A program made the translations under genes and the position numbers. The notes under the pieces are model-generated. The model was given only the letters and a program-made list of their open reading frames with translations. It ran no database searches and was not told the DNA's origin. From Euglena gracilis (Eukaryota), in the NCBI GenBank assembly GCA_039621445.1, contig CP154954.1, positions 36,131,703 through 36,195,702 of the forward strand: a DNA stretch of 64,000 nt, in the 5' to 3' direction. This document shows, in pieces, positions 46,845-58,889 of the stretch; position 1 is the first letter of the stretch; the number at the start of each line of letters is the position of its first letter.

Positions 46845-49539
46845 ATGTGCAGGCTAGAGGTCGGCGCTCCTTTACCTAACTGTTGCGAAGGGCGGCTGCC
46901 GGACAGGCGCAATTTTGTCCGACGGCGGGCGTGCGTAAAACGCCCAAGTTACCGCCCGGGAGACGCAAAAAAGCACGTCGGTAACGGACGTCCCCAAAAA
47001 AGTCACTTTTTCAGCCATTTTCGGCCGAAATCGGCTGCAAAATAGGCGCTCCACGGGGCAGGCAAAAATAGGCGCCGCGGGCAAAATTGCGCCTATCCGC
47101 CCGCCGCCCTTCGCAACAGTTAGGCAAAGGATCGCCGACCTCTAGCCTGCACACAGCGCTCGTTTTCGGACGGCGACGCCGCCGATTTGCGCAGAAAATG
47201 GCCGAAAAAAGACGTTTTGGGAGGCGTCCGTTACCAACGTGCTATTTTGCGCCTCCCGGTCGGTAACTGCTGCGTTTTAAGCACGCCCGCCGCAGGCAAA
47301 ATTGTGCCTGTCCGCCCGCCGCCCTTCGCAACGGTTAGGTACGAGAGCGACGACCTCTAGCCTGGGCAGAGCGCTCGTTTTTGGACCGCCGACGCAGCCG
47401 ATTTCGGCCAAAAATGGCCGAAAATGACGTCTTTGGGGGCGTCCGTAACCAACGTGCTATTTTGTGCCTCCCGGGCGGTAACTGCTGGGTTTTACGCACG
47501 CCCGCCGCGGGGAAAATTGCGCCTGTCTGCCCGCCGCCCTTCGCAACAGTTAAATAAAGGATCCCCGCCCTCTAGCCGGGGCAGAGCGCTCGTTTTTGGA
47601 CCGCCGACGCAGCCGATTTCCGCCGAAAATGGCCGAAAAATGTCGTTTTTGGGGGCGCCCGTTACCAACGTGCTATTTTGCGCCTCCCGGGCGGTAACTG
47701 TGGCGTTTTGCGCACGCCGGCCGCGGGCAAAATTGCGCCTGTCCCGCCCTTCGCAACAGTGACGTAAAGGATCGGCGACCTCTAGCCTGGGCAGAGCGTT
47801 CGCTAGACGTCGAGGATCCGTTACCTAACTGTTTGGAAAAGCGGCGGTCGGACATGCGCAATATTGCCCGCGGCGGGCGTGCGTAAAACACAGCCGTTAC
47901 CGCCCGGGAGGCGCAGAATAGCACGTTGGAAACGGACGCCCCCGAAAACGTCATTTTTCGGCCATTTTCGGCCAAAATCGGCTGCGTCGACGTCCGAAAA
48001 CGAGCGCTCTGCCCCGGCTAGAGGTCGCCGATCCTTTACCTAACTATTGCGAAGGGCGGCGTCCGGACAGGCGCAATTTTGCTTGCGGCGGGCGCGCGTA
48101 AAACGCAGCAGTTACCGCCCGGGAGCGCAAAGTAGCACGTTGGTAACGGACGCCCCCAAAAACGTCATTTTCGGCAATTTTCGGCAGAAATCGGGTGCGT
48201 CGGCGCTCGAAAAACGAGCGTCTGCCCCGGCTACAGGTCTTCAATCCTTTACCTAACTGTTGCGAAGGGCGGCGGCCGGGCAGGCGCAATTTTGCCAGCT
48301 GCCGGCGTGCGCAAAACGCTGCCGTTACCGCCCGGGAGGCGCAAAAAAGCACGTTGGTAACGGACGCCCCCAAAAATGTCATTTTTCTGCCATTTTCGGC
48401 GAAAATAGGCTGCGTCGGCGTTTAAAAAACGAGCGCTGTGCCTCGTCTAGAGGTCGGCGATCCTTTTCCTAACTGTTGCGAAGGGCGGCGGCCGGGCAGG
48501 CGCAATTTTGCCCCCGCCGGGCGTGCGCAAAACGCAGCAGTTACCGCCCGGGGGGCGCAAAATAGCACGTTGGTAACGGACGCCCCCAAAAAGGTCAGTT
48601 TCGGCCATTTTCGGCGGAAATCGGCTGCGTCGGCGTTGCAAAAATGAGCGCTCTGCCCCGTCTAGAGGTCGGCTATCCTTTACCTAACTGTTGCGAAGGG
48701 CGGCGGCCGGACAGGCGCAATTTTGCCCGCGCCGGCCGTGCGTAAAACACAGCAGTTACCGCCCGGGAGGCGCAAAATAGCACGTTGCTAAAGCACGTCC
48801 CCAAAAACGTCATTTTTCGGCCATTTTCGGCACCAATTGGCTGCGGCGGCGTCCGAAAACGGGCGCCTTGTGCAGGCTAGAAGTCGGCGATCCTTTACCT
48901 AACGGTTGCGAAGGGCGGCGGCCGGACAGGCGCATTTTTGCCCGCGGCGGGCGTGCGTAAAACGCAGCAGTTACCGCCCGGGTGGCGCAAAATAACACGT
49001 TGGTAACGGACGTCCCCAAAATGGTCATTTTTCGGCCAATTTCGGCGGAAATCGGCTGCGTCGGCACTCCAAAAACGAGCGCGGAAAATGACGTTGGGGC
49101 GTCCGTTACCAAGGTGCTATTTTTGCGCCTCCCGGGCGGCAACTGCTGCGTTTTACGCACGCCCGCCGTCGGGCAAAAGTCCGCCTGTCCGCCCGCCGCC
49201 TTTCCCATCAGTTAGGTCAAGGATCACCAACCTCTAGCCGGGGCAGAGCGCTCTTTTTTGGAGCGCCGACGCAGCCGATTTGCGCCGAAAATGGCCAAAA
49301 AATAACGTTTTTGGGGGCGTCCGTTAGCAACTTGCTATTTTGCGCCTCCTGGGCGGTAACTGCTGCGCTTTACGCACGCCGGCCGTGGGCAAAATTGCGC
49401 CTGTCCGGCCACCGCCCTTCGCAACAGTTAGGTAAAGGATCCCCGACTTCTAGCCGGGGCAGAGTGCTCGTTTTTGGAGCGCCGACGCAGCCGATTTGCG
49501 CCGAAAATAGCCGAAATATGTCGTTTTTGGGGGCGTCCG

Positions 49540-49871
49540 TGTGTGCGGCAGACGGGAGATCCTACGGAGGTAGGTCGCCGGCGCGTAGTACCAAGCCGGG
49601 TATCGCTCGATTAGCTTATTCGGTAAGGCACTGGGATCACACGCGGGAGGTCGTGGGTTCGAGACCCAGGTCCCGCCGTGTGAGTCCTGATCGATCCCGT
49701 ACGGGCAGAGGGCATACCGCGGGGATCGATCGGCGCGTGAGACTGCGCACGTGGACGAACGCTGATCGGTCGGATTACCACGGGCGTGGCCCCTCGCTCG
49801 CGGACGAGCCACGGCACGTAGTATGAGCTGCCCCGTGGCCGTCCAACAGCGGGTGGCTAAACCTACATACA
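49540..49871 (+). mobile_element. ~330-bp insertion (solo LTR-like or SINE-like) containing a tRNA-derived segment
   Basis: Interrupts satellite gcgtccgt|tacc with duplication of CCG(T); ends TGTGTG...CATACA. Confidence 0.75.
49605..49677 (+). pseudogene. tRNA-like sequence (A box TAGCTTATTCGG, B box GGTTCGAGACCC, CAC at the anticodon position)
   Basis: The T-arm tggg-ttcgaga-ccca pairs. The acceptor and anticodon stems are poorly paired, so it is not a functional tRNA. Confidence 0.7.
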
Positions 49872-50616
49872 CCGTTACCGACGTGCTATTTTGCGCCTCC
49901 CGGGCGGTAACTGCTGCGTTTTACTCACGCCGGCCGCTGGCAAAATTGCGCCTGTCCGGCCGCCGCCCTTCGCAACAGTTAGGTAAAGGATCGCCGACCT
50001 CTAGCCGGGGCAGAGCGCTTGTTTTTGGACGTCGACGCAGCCGAATTCCGCCGAAATCGGGAGGAAAAGGACGTTTTTGGGGGCGTCCGTTAGCAACTTG
50101 CTATTCTGCGCCTCCTGGGCGGTAACTGCGGCGTATTACGCACGCCCGCCGTCGGGCAAAATTGCGCCTGTCTGGCCGCCGCCCTTCGCAACAGTTAAGT
50201 AAAGGATCGCCGACCTCTAGCCGGGGCAGAGCGCTCGTTTTTGGACGGCCGACGCAGCCGATATCGGCCGAAAATAGCCGAAATATGACGTTTTTGGGGG
50301 CGTCCGTTACCAACGTGCTATTTTGCGCCTCCCGGGCGATAACTGCTGCGTTTTACGCACGCCGCCGCGGGCAAAATTGCGCCTTTCCGGCCACCGCCCT
50401 TCGCAACAGTTAGGCAAAGGATCGCCGACCTCCAGCCTGGGCAGAGCGCTCGTTTTGGAGCGTCATCGCAGCCGATTTCGGCCGAAAATGGCCGAAAAAT
50501 AACGTTTTTGGGGGCGTCCGTTAGCAACATGCTATTTTGCGCCTCCCGGGCGGTAACTGCCGCGTTTTACTCACGCCGGCCGCGGGCAAACTAGCGCCTG
50601 TCCGGCCGCCTCCATT

Positions 50617-51257
50617 TGTAGGGGTTGCCCCTCCTGAGGTCCCTGTGAAGGGACCCCTGGCGGCACAACCCGCGTAGGATCGTTAAAATTTGAGCCCGTC
50701 GGGCCCACCTGGTGGGGGTTTTCCCCTTGGTGGAAAAGTGGGGTAGGGGTGGGTGTTGTTGAGGATGATGATGTTGAAAATGACATACTTTTGAGGTCCA
50801 ATCAATTGATCTTAGATGAATAACCAACAATAATCAATGTCTTGAACTCCCTTGCAAGCAAACAATTGGTGAACACAAATGGCAGTATGTGAACAGAGCC
50901 CTGTGAACAGAAAATGTACAATTGGAGGGGGGCTACAGCTGGGGGGGCTACTTGGTATACTTTGCACAATTCTTAATGAATTGCGCCATTCCAAGCGCCC
51001 ACGAAGGGGGTGCGCATGCTTGCGCAAAGCCCAGCAGGGCTTGCACCTCCCCTTGGGAGTTGCCTGTTGGCCCCCTCAACCTGCCGCCTCCTTCACCTTC
51101 CCATGGCTTGGTCAAAATGGGCTGTGGGGCCCCCTTGGGGGCCAGTGGGGCCTCAAAAGGCCCTTGGGGGCCTTGGAGCCCCCTCGCGGCCATTCGTGGC
51201 CCCTTTTCGCCCCCCTTGGGACCCCTCCTTGGGGCGGGCACCCTCGGACCGCGCACA
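50617..51257 (-). repeat. 3' LTR of copy B
   Basis: Reverse complement of the copy A LTR; adjacent ctcccctcctc is the PPT. Confidence 0.93.
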
Positions 51258-52949
51258 CTCCCCTCCTCAAAAAAATTGCCGCGCAATTTAAATTCGACTC
51301 CTTTGCCGGTCCGAGGTGCCGCCCTCCCCCCTTTTGCTTTCCCGACTATAAAAAAAATTGTATTTTTTTCTTGCTGAAACACACAGCGGTGGCGCCACGT
51401 GCCGTGTGTGGCGCGTGCTGTCGGGGAGGGGGTACAAGGGAGGGGCGAGAAGGGGGACGGGCGCCTCCGGGCTCGTGACCCGGGGAGGCACCGCTTGGGG
51501 CCCCTCCGCTCCGGCTCCGGTCCCGTGAGCCTTCTTGGCCCATGGGTAGGGGCGGACTGCCCCCCCCCGAAACACTCGATGCCGATGTGAAATTGTGATT
51601 CCCCCCCCAGGCCCCGCTTGGCCCGGGGTGGAAGGCTCCTGCATGGTCGGAAGGAAACATTTGACCCACCCAGCAGGGCCGCCCCGCCTTGCCCGGTATC
51701 CCGGGGCCAAAGGCCCCTGGGGGCTTGACAGGGGTGCGTGCTGGAGGGGGTGCCGGGGAGGCGCATTGGGTGGGGCCCGTTCCTTGGAGGAGGGGGCTGC
51801 CCCCCCCCCCGTGGAGGGGGTCTGGGCTGCACCCCCCCCCCCCCCCCCGTTGTGGGCCGGGCCCCCTGGGCCGGGGCTCGTCCTCTTGAGAGGGGGCTGC
51901 CCCCCCCGCTCTCTCCGGTGTGGAGTGCGGTTGGCGCTTGCCCCCCCCGGCGTGTTTAACTCCAAAAATTGACCGACGGGGTGTATTTTTAAAAAAAATT
52001 GGTGGAAACTCGGCAGGTCTCCCCCTCCCCCCGGCATGGTGGGCCGAGGAGGGGTGTGGTCGACCGCAAAAAAAAATTCGGCAAGCGCACAGGCGCCCGG
52101 GCGCCCCGCCCCCCCTCCGTCGGCACGGTTGGCCGATGAGGGGGGCAGCCAACCGTCAAAAATCGGGAAGAAGCGGCAGGCGCCCCCCTCTTCGGCACGG
52201 TGGGCCGAAGAGGGGTGTGGCCAACCATCGAAAATTGGTTAAAATGGTAAATTTCCCCCTCCGGAATGGTGGGCCGAGGAGGGGTCCCGCCTTGGCGGGG
52301 CCCTCCAAAATTCAAAATTTAAATCGAAAAAGAAATCAAACCGGTGATGTGAAGGGCAGAAGTGAAAGAATGCAGGGGCTCGAGGCACCCCCTTGGGTCC
52401 TAGCGGCCTCGTGGGGCCCCTTGGCTCGCGGGTGCCGCACCGTGCGGTGTTGAGCACGTGCGGCGAGTGGGCGCCGGGGGGCACTCGCCCTGGGCAGGCG
52501 CTCTGTGGCCGCGGGTGTTGGGCGAGGCCAGCCCTGGGGGGGAGAATGTGGGCCCCCCAGGGGCCCTTGGGGATGGGAGCCCCCCCCCCGTGCAGTTGTG
52601 TGGCCTCCTCGCCCCGCCCGGGCGTCCTGTCCCCTTGAGGGGGCCACCAGGCCCCCGGCTTCTGGGGCCACCTGCCCCACGCCCGTAGCCAAGGGGCGGT
52701 CGCAGGGGTTTGAAATCTGAATTTGAAATTGAACCTGCGAAGACACAAATAACAATCACACAAACAAAATCAGAATCAGGGCCAGGGACGTAGGTGTGCT
52801 CCGCCACCACCACAGTCCCCGTACCCAACTTCCCCCCGCTTCCACCTCAAACCCTCCCCCTATTGCCTTCGACCCCGCCCCCCTTTCCTCCCGGGGCGGA
52901 GAAGTCCCACCACCTCCAACGGGATCCCCTTGGCTGCACAATAGTCCAC

Positions 52950-54170
52950 CAGCAGTATGGGAAGAAATCCGACCATGGCAGCCATTGGAGATCCGTCGAT
53001 CCCAATTTTTCCACCTCACCTGAAATTTCCGGGACGCCCGTTTCCGGGTTGTTCCGGCTGCTCACGACCTCCTCCACCACCCACTCATCCGGGCCCACCT
53101 CCAGGGGGGCCGCCTTGTCGTTGAAATAGAAAAGTGGGAGGGGGTCGGTGGAGAACTCATCCTCCGTGTGGAGCTTGAGCTGGCTCCGGTGTGCCTCTTG
53201 GCGGGCCCCTGGAGCCAGCTCCACCACATAGGAGTGGCGACCCCGGCGGGACACCACCGTCCCTCTTTTTCACTTGGTGGCTAGCTTGTCTGTGCCCGGC
53301 TGTGTCTCGGGGCGGTACCACACCATGGCACCGACCTCCAGGGGAGGTGGGTCTCTTCTCTTGGCGTTAATGGAAGCCCACCGTTTGGCGTGCAAGGCAT
53401 TCAAGTTTAAGGGCACCTTCTCGTCCATAGCCCGCATCCGTGCCATGAAGTCGGCTGCCCCTTCGGCCTCTCGTGGGGGCTGGTGGGGCACCCCTTGGCA
53501 CATCGTGCAGGTGCCGGAGGGCCTTGGGTAACAGCACCACCCATGAGGCCTCCTTCTCCGACAGGTCAGCCCATGAGCTTGGACAGGGTGTTCATCACCC
53601 GTTGGCCTGCCACCTCTGCCCGACCGTTGGCCTGGTGGTTGTAGGCCTGCCCGTAGGCACGCCTCACCCCCATGGCGGCGCACATTTTTTGCCACCAAGC
53701 CGAAGCAAAGTGGGGGCCACGGTCTGAGGACACAACAGAGGGCACCCAGAACGTGTCCCAGTGGCGGAACGTGGCCTTGGCCACCACCTCAGCTGTCAGA
53801 CCCTTGTACTTGTGGGGGGTTGCCACTGTCCACCCAGTCTCACGGTCCACGCACAGGGCCAGGTAATCATACACCTGGCCCTCGTGGGTCACCTCAGGCA
53901 TGGCGAACAGGTCCACTGCCACACTGTCCATGAGAAACGGTGGCACAGGGGTGGCTTCGAGAGCACACTTGAAAGGTGCTCGAGAGGGGTCACAGGCTTG
54001 GCAGATTTCACATTGCCGCTGGATGCCTTGGGTGATTTTCTCAGCCCCCCTTGGATCAGCGAACCTGTACCACCGCCCCATCTGGTGCCAGAGCCTGGAG
54101 GCTCCTGGGTGGCCCGCGTCCCCGTGGTGGGCCCGGACCACGAGCCCCATCAGGCTGGTGGGCACACAGA
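52950..54170 (-). pseudogene. integrase + chromodomain, copy B
   Basis: ORFs 53566-54351 (HHCC, SVAVDLF, SSDRGPHF, NGRAE) and 52847-53257 (DEWVVEEVV). Confidence 0.9.
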
Positions 54171-54899
54171 GGAGCCCGTCCGTGTACATTTTGTCCCCGT
54201 ACAGACGGACTCCCTCAGGACACTCACCTGCAGGGGCCTGCACACTTGCATAAACCGGCACCCACCCAGTGCAATTTTCATATGCCCCTGACCAATCCCT
54301 GTCCATCACTGGGATGGAGGGATCCTCCTCCACCTCCTCCTGGGTGTGCACCCCCGTGTCTGAGAAAGTGAAATTGGTTCCCCCACAGGTTCCCCGAGAT
54401 CCCCCCGGTGGGGATCATCGATGAGGGGGGTCAGCTGCAGGTCCTCACTCACAACTCTTCCACCAGGTGAGTTTTCCTCAGGTCCCCCCCTTCTTGCCGG
54501 CTGTTCATTCCCGAATTCATCCACGAAAAGATGGGCACGTGGGGAACCTCGTGTCTCCCGCGTGTCCAACCCAGGTACCCCAGGTCCCTCCCCTCCCATG
54601 AGGATGGGACCCGAATCTCCCGAGGGGGCGTCCACAGGCCCCTCCCCCCCTGTGGGGTCAGGGCCAGGGCCCCCTGGCACTGAATCCTCAGCCCCCTCCC
54701 CCTCTGTGGGGCTGGGGCCAGGTCTGTGCTGAGCTGCTGTGTCTCTTCCACTGCGTGTTGTTACCGCCACGTGGCGTTCCTCCCACCCTCCCGCGCGGTG
54801 TCCCACATTCTCGCTCTTCCCTCCGTTCTTCTTCGATCATGGCCCTCATTGCCTCATCATCCTCCTCGCTCCCGTGGAGGCTGATGTCGGCAAATGCCT

Positions 54900-57090
54900 T
54901 GGAGGCAGGATATGCCCATCTGCTGAGGGCATCCGCCACCACGTTTTCCTTTCCCGGAATGTAGACCACGTGAAGGTCAAACCGGGAGAACATTTCATGC
55001 CAGCGTCCCCGCCTTCCCGCAGGTCCGCTGGGCGTGTCCAGGGTTTCCTTGGCCCAGGCCTCCAGGGACTTGTGGTCCGTGAGGACCAACACCGGCTGCA
55101 GGCCGATGTAGGAGGCCCATTTTTGGAGGGCCAGGATGATGGCGTAAGTCTCCTTCTCTCGCGGAGACCAGCTCTTCACCTGCCCAGCCGTGAGCTTCCT
55201 GGAGCAGAAGGCCACAGGCACGGTTTTCCGTGTGGTGGCCTCCACGGCTGTGGGCATCCCCTCCGTTGGCTCCAAAAACTGTTCAAGGGCTGCCCCCACC
55301 GCCTTGTCGCTCGCATCAACCCGGAGAATGAATGGCTGGTCCGGGTTGATGGTGTGGAGCTCCAATCCCCGGAGGAGCTCCTGCTTCAGGGCGGTGAAGG
55401 CCTCCCGTTCCACTTGGCCGAATTTCACAGGTTTTTTGCTGCCTTTTTTCCCTTCCACACGTCCCACCTTGAGGAGTTCCATCAGGGGGGCTGCATACCG
55501 GGCATACTCCTTCACGTAGCTGGAGTAGTAGTTGGTGAAGCCCAGAAAGCCCCTGAGGGCTGTGATCGTGCGGGGCTCCTCCCACTTCTCCAGCGCCATG
55601 AGTTTGCCCGGGGCTGGCCTCCGTTTTCCTCCCCCCAGGATGTGGCCACAGAATTCCACTTCTCTTACGAAGAAGCGGCACTTGTTTTTGTCCACGACCA
55701 GGCGGTGTTCCCGCAGTGCCCCCAACACTCGCCTTATGTCCTGGTCGTGTGCCTCCAGGGTAGCTTCCTCCGTGCCACACCACTCGGTCCCCACGATGAT
55801 GTCGTCAACGTATGGGTTGGCGACATCAGCCACATCCCTCAGCGAGTAGTCGATCACCCGCTGAAAAATGGCCACTCCATTTTTCAGGCCGATCACGACC
55901 ACACACCACTGGACCCGCGGGGGGTGCTGCAGCAGGTGTATGGGCGTGAGTCTTCGTGCAGGGGCACCTGATGGAAGGCATCCTTGAGATCAAGGACGGA
56001 GAACAGGTACCTCCGTCCCTGGTTCACCAGGATGTCCTCGATCCTGGGGAGGGGTATGCATCCTTCACAGTGGCCTCGTTTAATGCCCGGAAATCCACAG
56101 CCCCACGCCACTTCACCTGTTTCTTGGCCACCACGAATGTGGGGCTGCTCAGGCACTTGGTACCCCATCCTCCACCTTCTTGTCCCGAACCCACTCATCC
56201 ACCAGGTCACACAATGCCCTGTGCCTCTCCCCTGTCAGGTGGATGGGCCTCTGCTTTTCGCCACAGATCCCGGTTTTAATTCGATTTTCCCTTCCCCCAG
56301 GGGCCCCCGCTCGATTCTTTCCCCCCAAATCCTGTCTCGGAGAACCTCCCCCTCGAAGTCCCTCCGGAGGGCTGCCCGGAGCTCCTCAGCCCGCTGGCTG
56401 GTCACCTGTTCCCCTTCGGGAACAAGGATGACCCCTTGGGCTGCCCGTGCTTCGACCTCCCGGGCTGCCCGCAGGAGTTCCTTGGCCACTGTCTCCTGGG
56501 TCGCCTCATCCTCGTGCAGGGGTTTTTCCTCCCACTCAGGCTCCTCGGTGTCCTCCCCCAGGGCTGCCTCTGGCAAAGCAAGTCGCAGTGCTGTGACTTT
56601 TTCCACCATTTTCATGTATCTCACCCGCTTCTGAGCCTTTTTATGCCCTGCTGGCTGAACTTGCTCACTCTTCGTGCCATGCCCCCGAAGGAGGACCATC
56701 TGCTCCCCCATCAGTGCCAGGGCCCGGAGGTGTGGAAACACCCCGAGCTGGTTTTCCTCCAGCCACGGAAAGCCGATGATGGCCTCCACGTGGATGTCTG
56801 CCTCATAGAAGGAGGCTGGGGCCGTCCACAGGGCCCCTCCCCCTGACCCGCCCGCCCCCCTCCCGCCGGAGGACCAGGTCTAGGGTTGCCTCACTTTCCC
56901 CCACTTCCATCTTGGCGCCACTGGCCGTCACCAGAGACAGGGGTTTGGGGGCAGGCAGGAGGTATGAGCTGCGTAGCTTGCCTCTTCGGACCAGGTGCAC
57001 CTCTGCCCTTGTGTCAATGAGGGCGTTGATGAAGTGGGTCTGTCCGTCTGGCCCCCTGGCCTGCACCCACATCAGCAGCTGCCGTTCACT
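54900..57090 (-). pseudogene. pol: protease, RT and RNase H, copy B (frameshifted)
   Basis: ALIDTRAEV; LDLKDAFHQV; YVDD; LRVDASDKAVGA. Confidence 0.93.
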
Positions 57091-57199
57091 GGCACCCTGC
57101 CCCACCTCACGGAGCAAGACCGAGGGCACCCCGCGTTGGGCTCCCTCTGGCCCCGGAGACACACCAGCCTGGGCCACCAGTGCCGATGCTGTGTCCTGG

Positions 57200-57796
57200 T
57201 CACGGATGAGCGCCTCTGGGATCCGATATTTCAGGTGCCTGGGCAGGTTTTGGTATTTTGCTGCTGAGCCGAATTTTGTGCCGTCCCTTTCGTCCCCCCT
57301 CAGGTACTGGGCTTTCCAGGTTGGTGCAGGTCCGGCCGTCACACACCCGTGGCCGGAGACCCAGGACATGGGGGCTGCCCCATATCCTGGTGGGCTTCTG
57401 GTAGCCCCAGTCAGCGTACTGGCAGTAATCCACGTCCACGTGTGGGATCCCTGCCATGTACCTGCGGGTCCGCAGGTAACCGTACCGGGGGTTTTCCAGC
57501 CACCACCGCCGTGGGCGGAGGTATCTGATGATGGCCAGGGCCCGCTGCACCAGCCGATCAGCCAATTTAAAATCCCTTTCCCTGGTGGTCAGGGCCAGGT
57601 TGAATTCGGTGCAGGGTACCCCGCACACCACCACCTCAAAATCCCCAGGCTGGAACTGTTTTTTAAAATTCCATTTCAGCACGTCAACACAAATGTCTGG
57701 CCGCCACCTGGGGTCCACGTCCACCGACGTGACCTGGTAACCCAGGCTGCGGTAGACGTCCCCCACTGAACCTGTCCCGCAGAACAGGTCCAGCAT
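57200..57796 (-). pseudogene. C5-cytosine MTase domain, copy B
   Basis: MLDLFCGTG, GVPCTEF, WLENPRYG, DYCQY, KPTRIW; frameshift near the C-terminus. Confidence 0.9.
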
Positions 57797-57959
57797 CCGC
57801 CTGGGCTGGTCCGCTCTCCCCACCTGCCCCAGGTGTGCCGGCTTGACCTCCCCTGTGGCCCCCCCGGTCCCTGGGGGTGGCCCTGAAAAATGTGTCCCGA
57901 ACCTGGTTTTTTTCTCCCTCACCCTTCGTGTCACCTCCTCCAGCGTGCACCGGTCTGGG

Positions 57960-58370
57960 TGCCCACACAGCAAAAAGGCTGTGATGGGCCACTTGGTCCC
58001 CCGGCACAACTCCTCCCCTCTGCCGAAAAATCGTGTTCCCTGAGGGAACGTGACTTGGCGCACTGCCAAGCCCCTGGCCTCCCTGTACCAACGCCGCCCC
58101 GGCCACCTGGGGATCACCAGGATGGCATGGGCCTGATCCCTCCTGATTTTTTCTAGAACCTCCTGTAATTTTTATAAGGTGGGTTGATCCACAAAACCTC
58201 CCTGCCCCAGTCCTGTTTGAAGGCATCTTCCCCTTCCCCATTCCCTGGCCCCCACCAGCGGACAAACCTGCGGTTTTCTTTGGCAGAAAAGGCGTCGGGT
58301 AGACTCTCAGGCGGCGGAGTACGTCCCTGACGTACTCCTCCTGGACGTGGTAGTCCTGTGAAATCCACCG
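57960..58370 (-). pseudogene. Dam-like N6-adenine MTase domain, copy B
   Basis: DAFSAKENRRF, DAFKQDW, WINPPY (NPPY 58174-58185); frameshifts. Confidence 0.85.
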
Positions 58371-58889
58371 GGAGGGCGACCTCCCAAACCCTGAGGAACG
58401 GGCTGGGAGTGGTGCTGGGGCTGGCTGTGGTGTGGGGCTGAGGTGGAAGGTGCGGTCCTGACGCACCTCACCTGGTGAATCGAAAACCCTGAATTCCTTT
58501 TCGTGCTGGGGGCGGTTTAATCCGTGCCCTTACTGGTTTGTGGAACGTTGATGACCTCCCTTGCTGTCTCCCTGATTGATGCCTGTGAGAGCGTTTTGCT
58601 TTTTTCTGTTTCATGTTTTTTGTTTTGGGGTTTTCCCCTCCCTTCCTGGTGTTGTGATCTGCGGTAGACCGGGTGTGCTGGAACCCGAAGACCCCTGGGC
58701 GGCTTGCTGCGGAGGCCAGCCGCCTTGTGTCCCTTCCCCCTTTGTCCCGAATCTGAACTCCGACCCGAGCACCCCCCCGCCTGGCCTGCCCTCACTGGTG
58801 AAAAGCGCAGACCAGGGGTTGGCAGAGTAGAATGAGAGGGCCTGCTGGCCCCCCCCAGCCCCTTTTCATGTCTCAGTCAGGGGGGGCAA

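Larger units (their letters stand above)
46845..50616. repeat. 216-bp satellite subfamily II with orientation switches at ~47040-47073, ~47801 and ~49082
   Basis: The monomer is seen alternately forward and reverse-complemented. Confidence 0.95.

Noticed and set aside
49605-49677. Functional tRNA-Val(CAC) gene
   Set aside because: The acceptor and anticodon stems have several mismatches, and it lies inside a TSD-flanked insertion.
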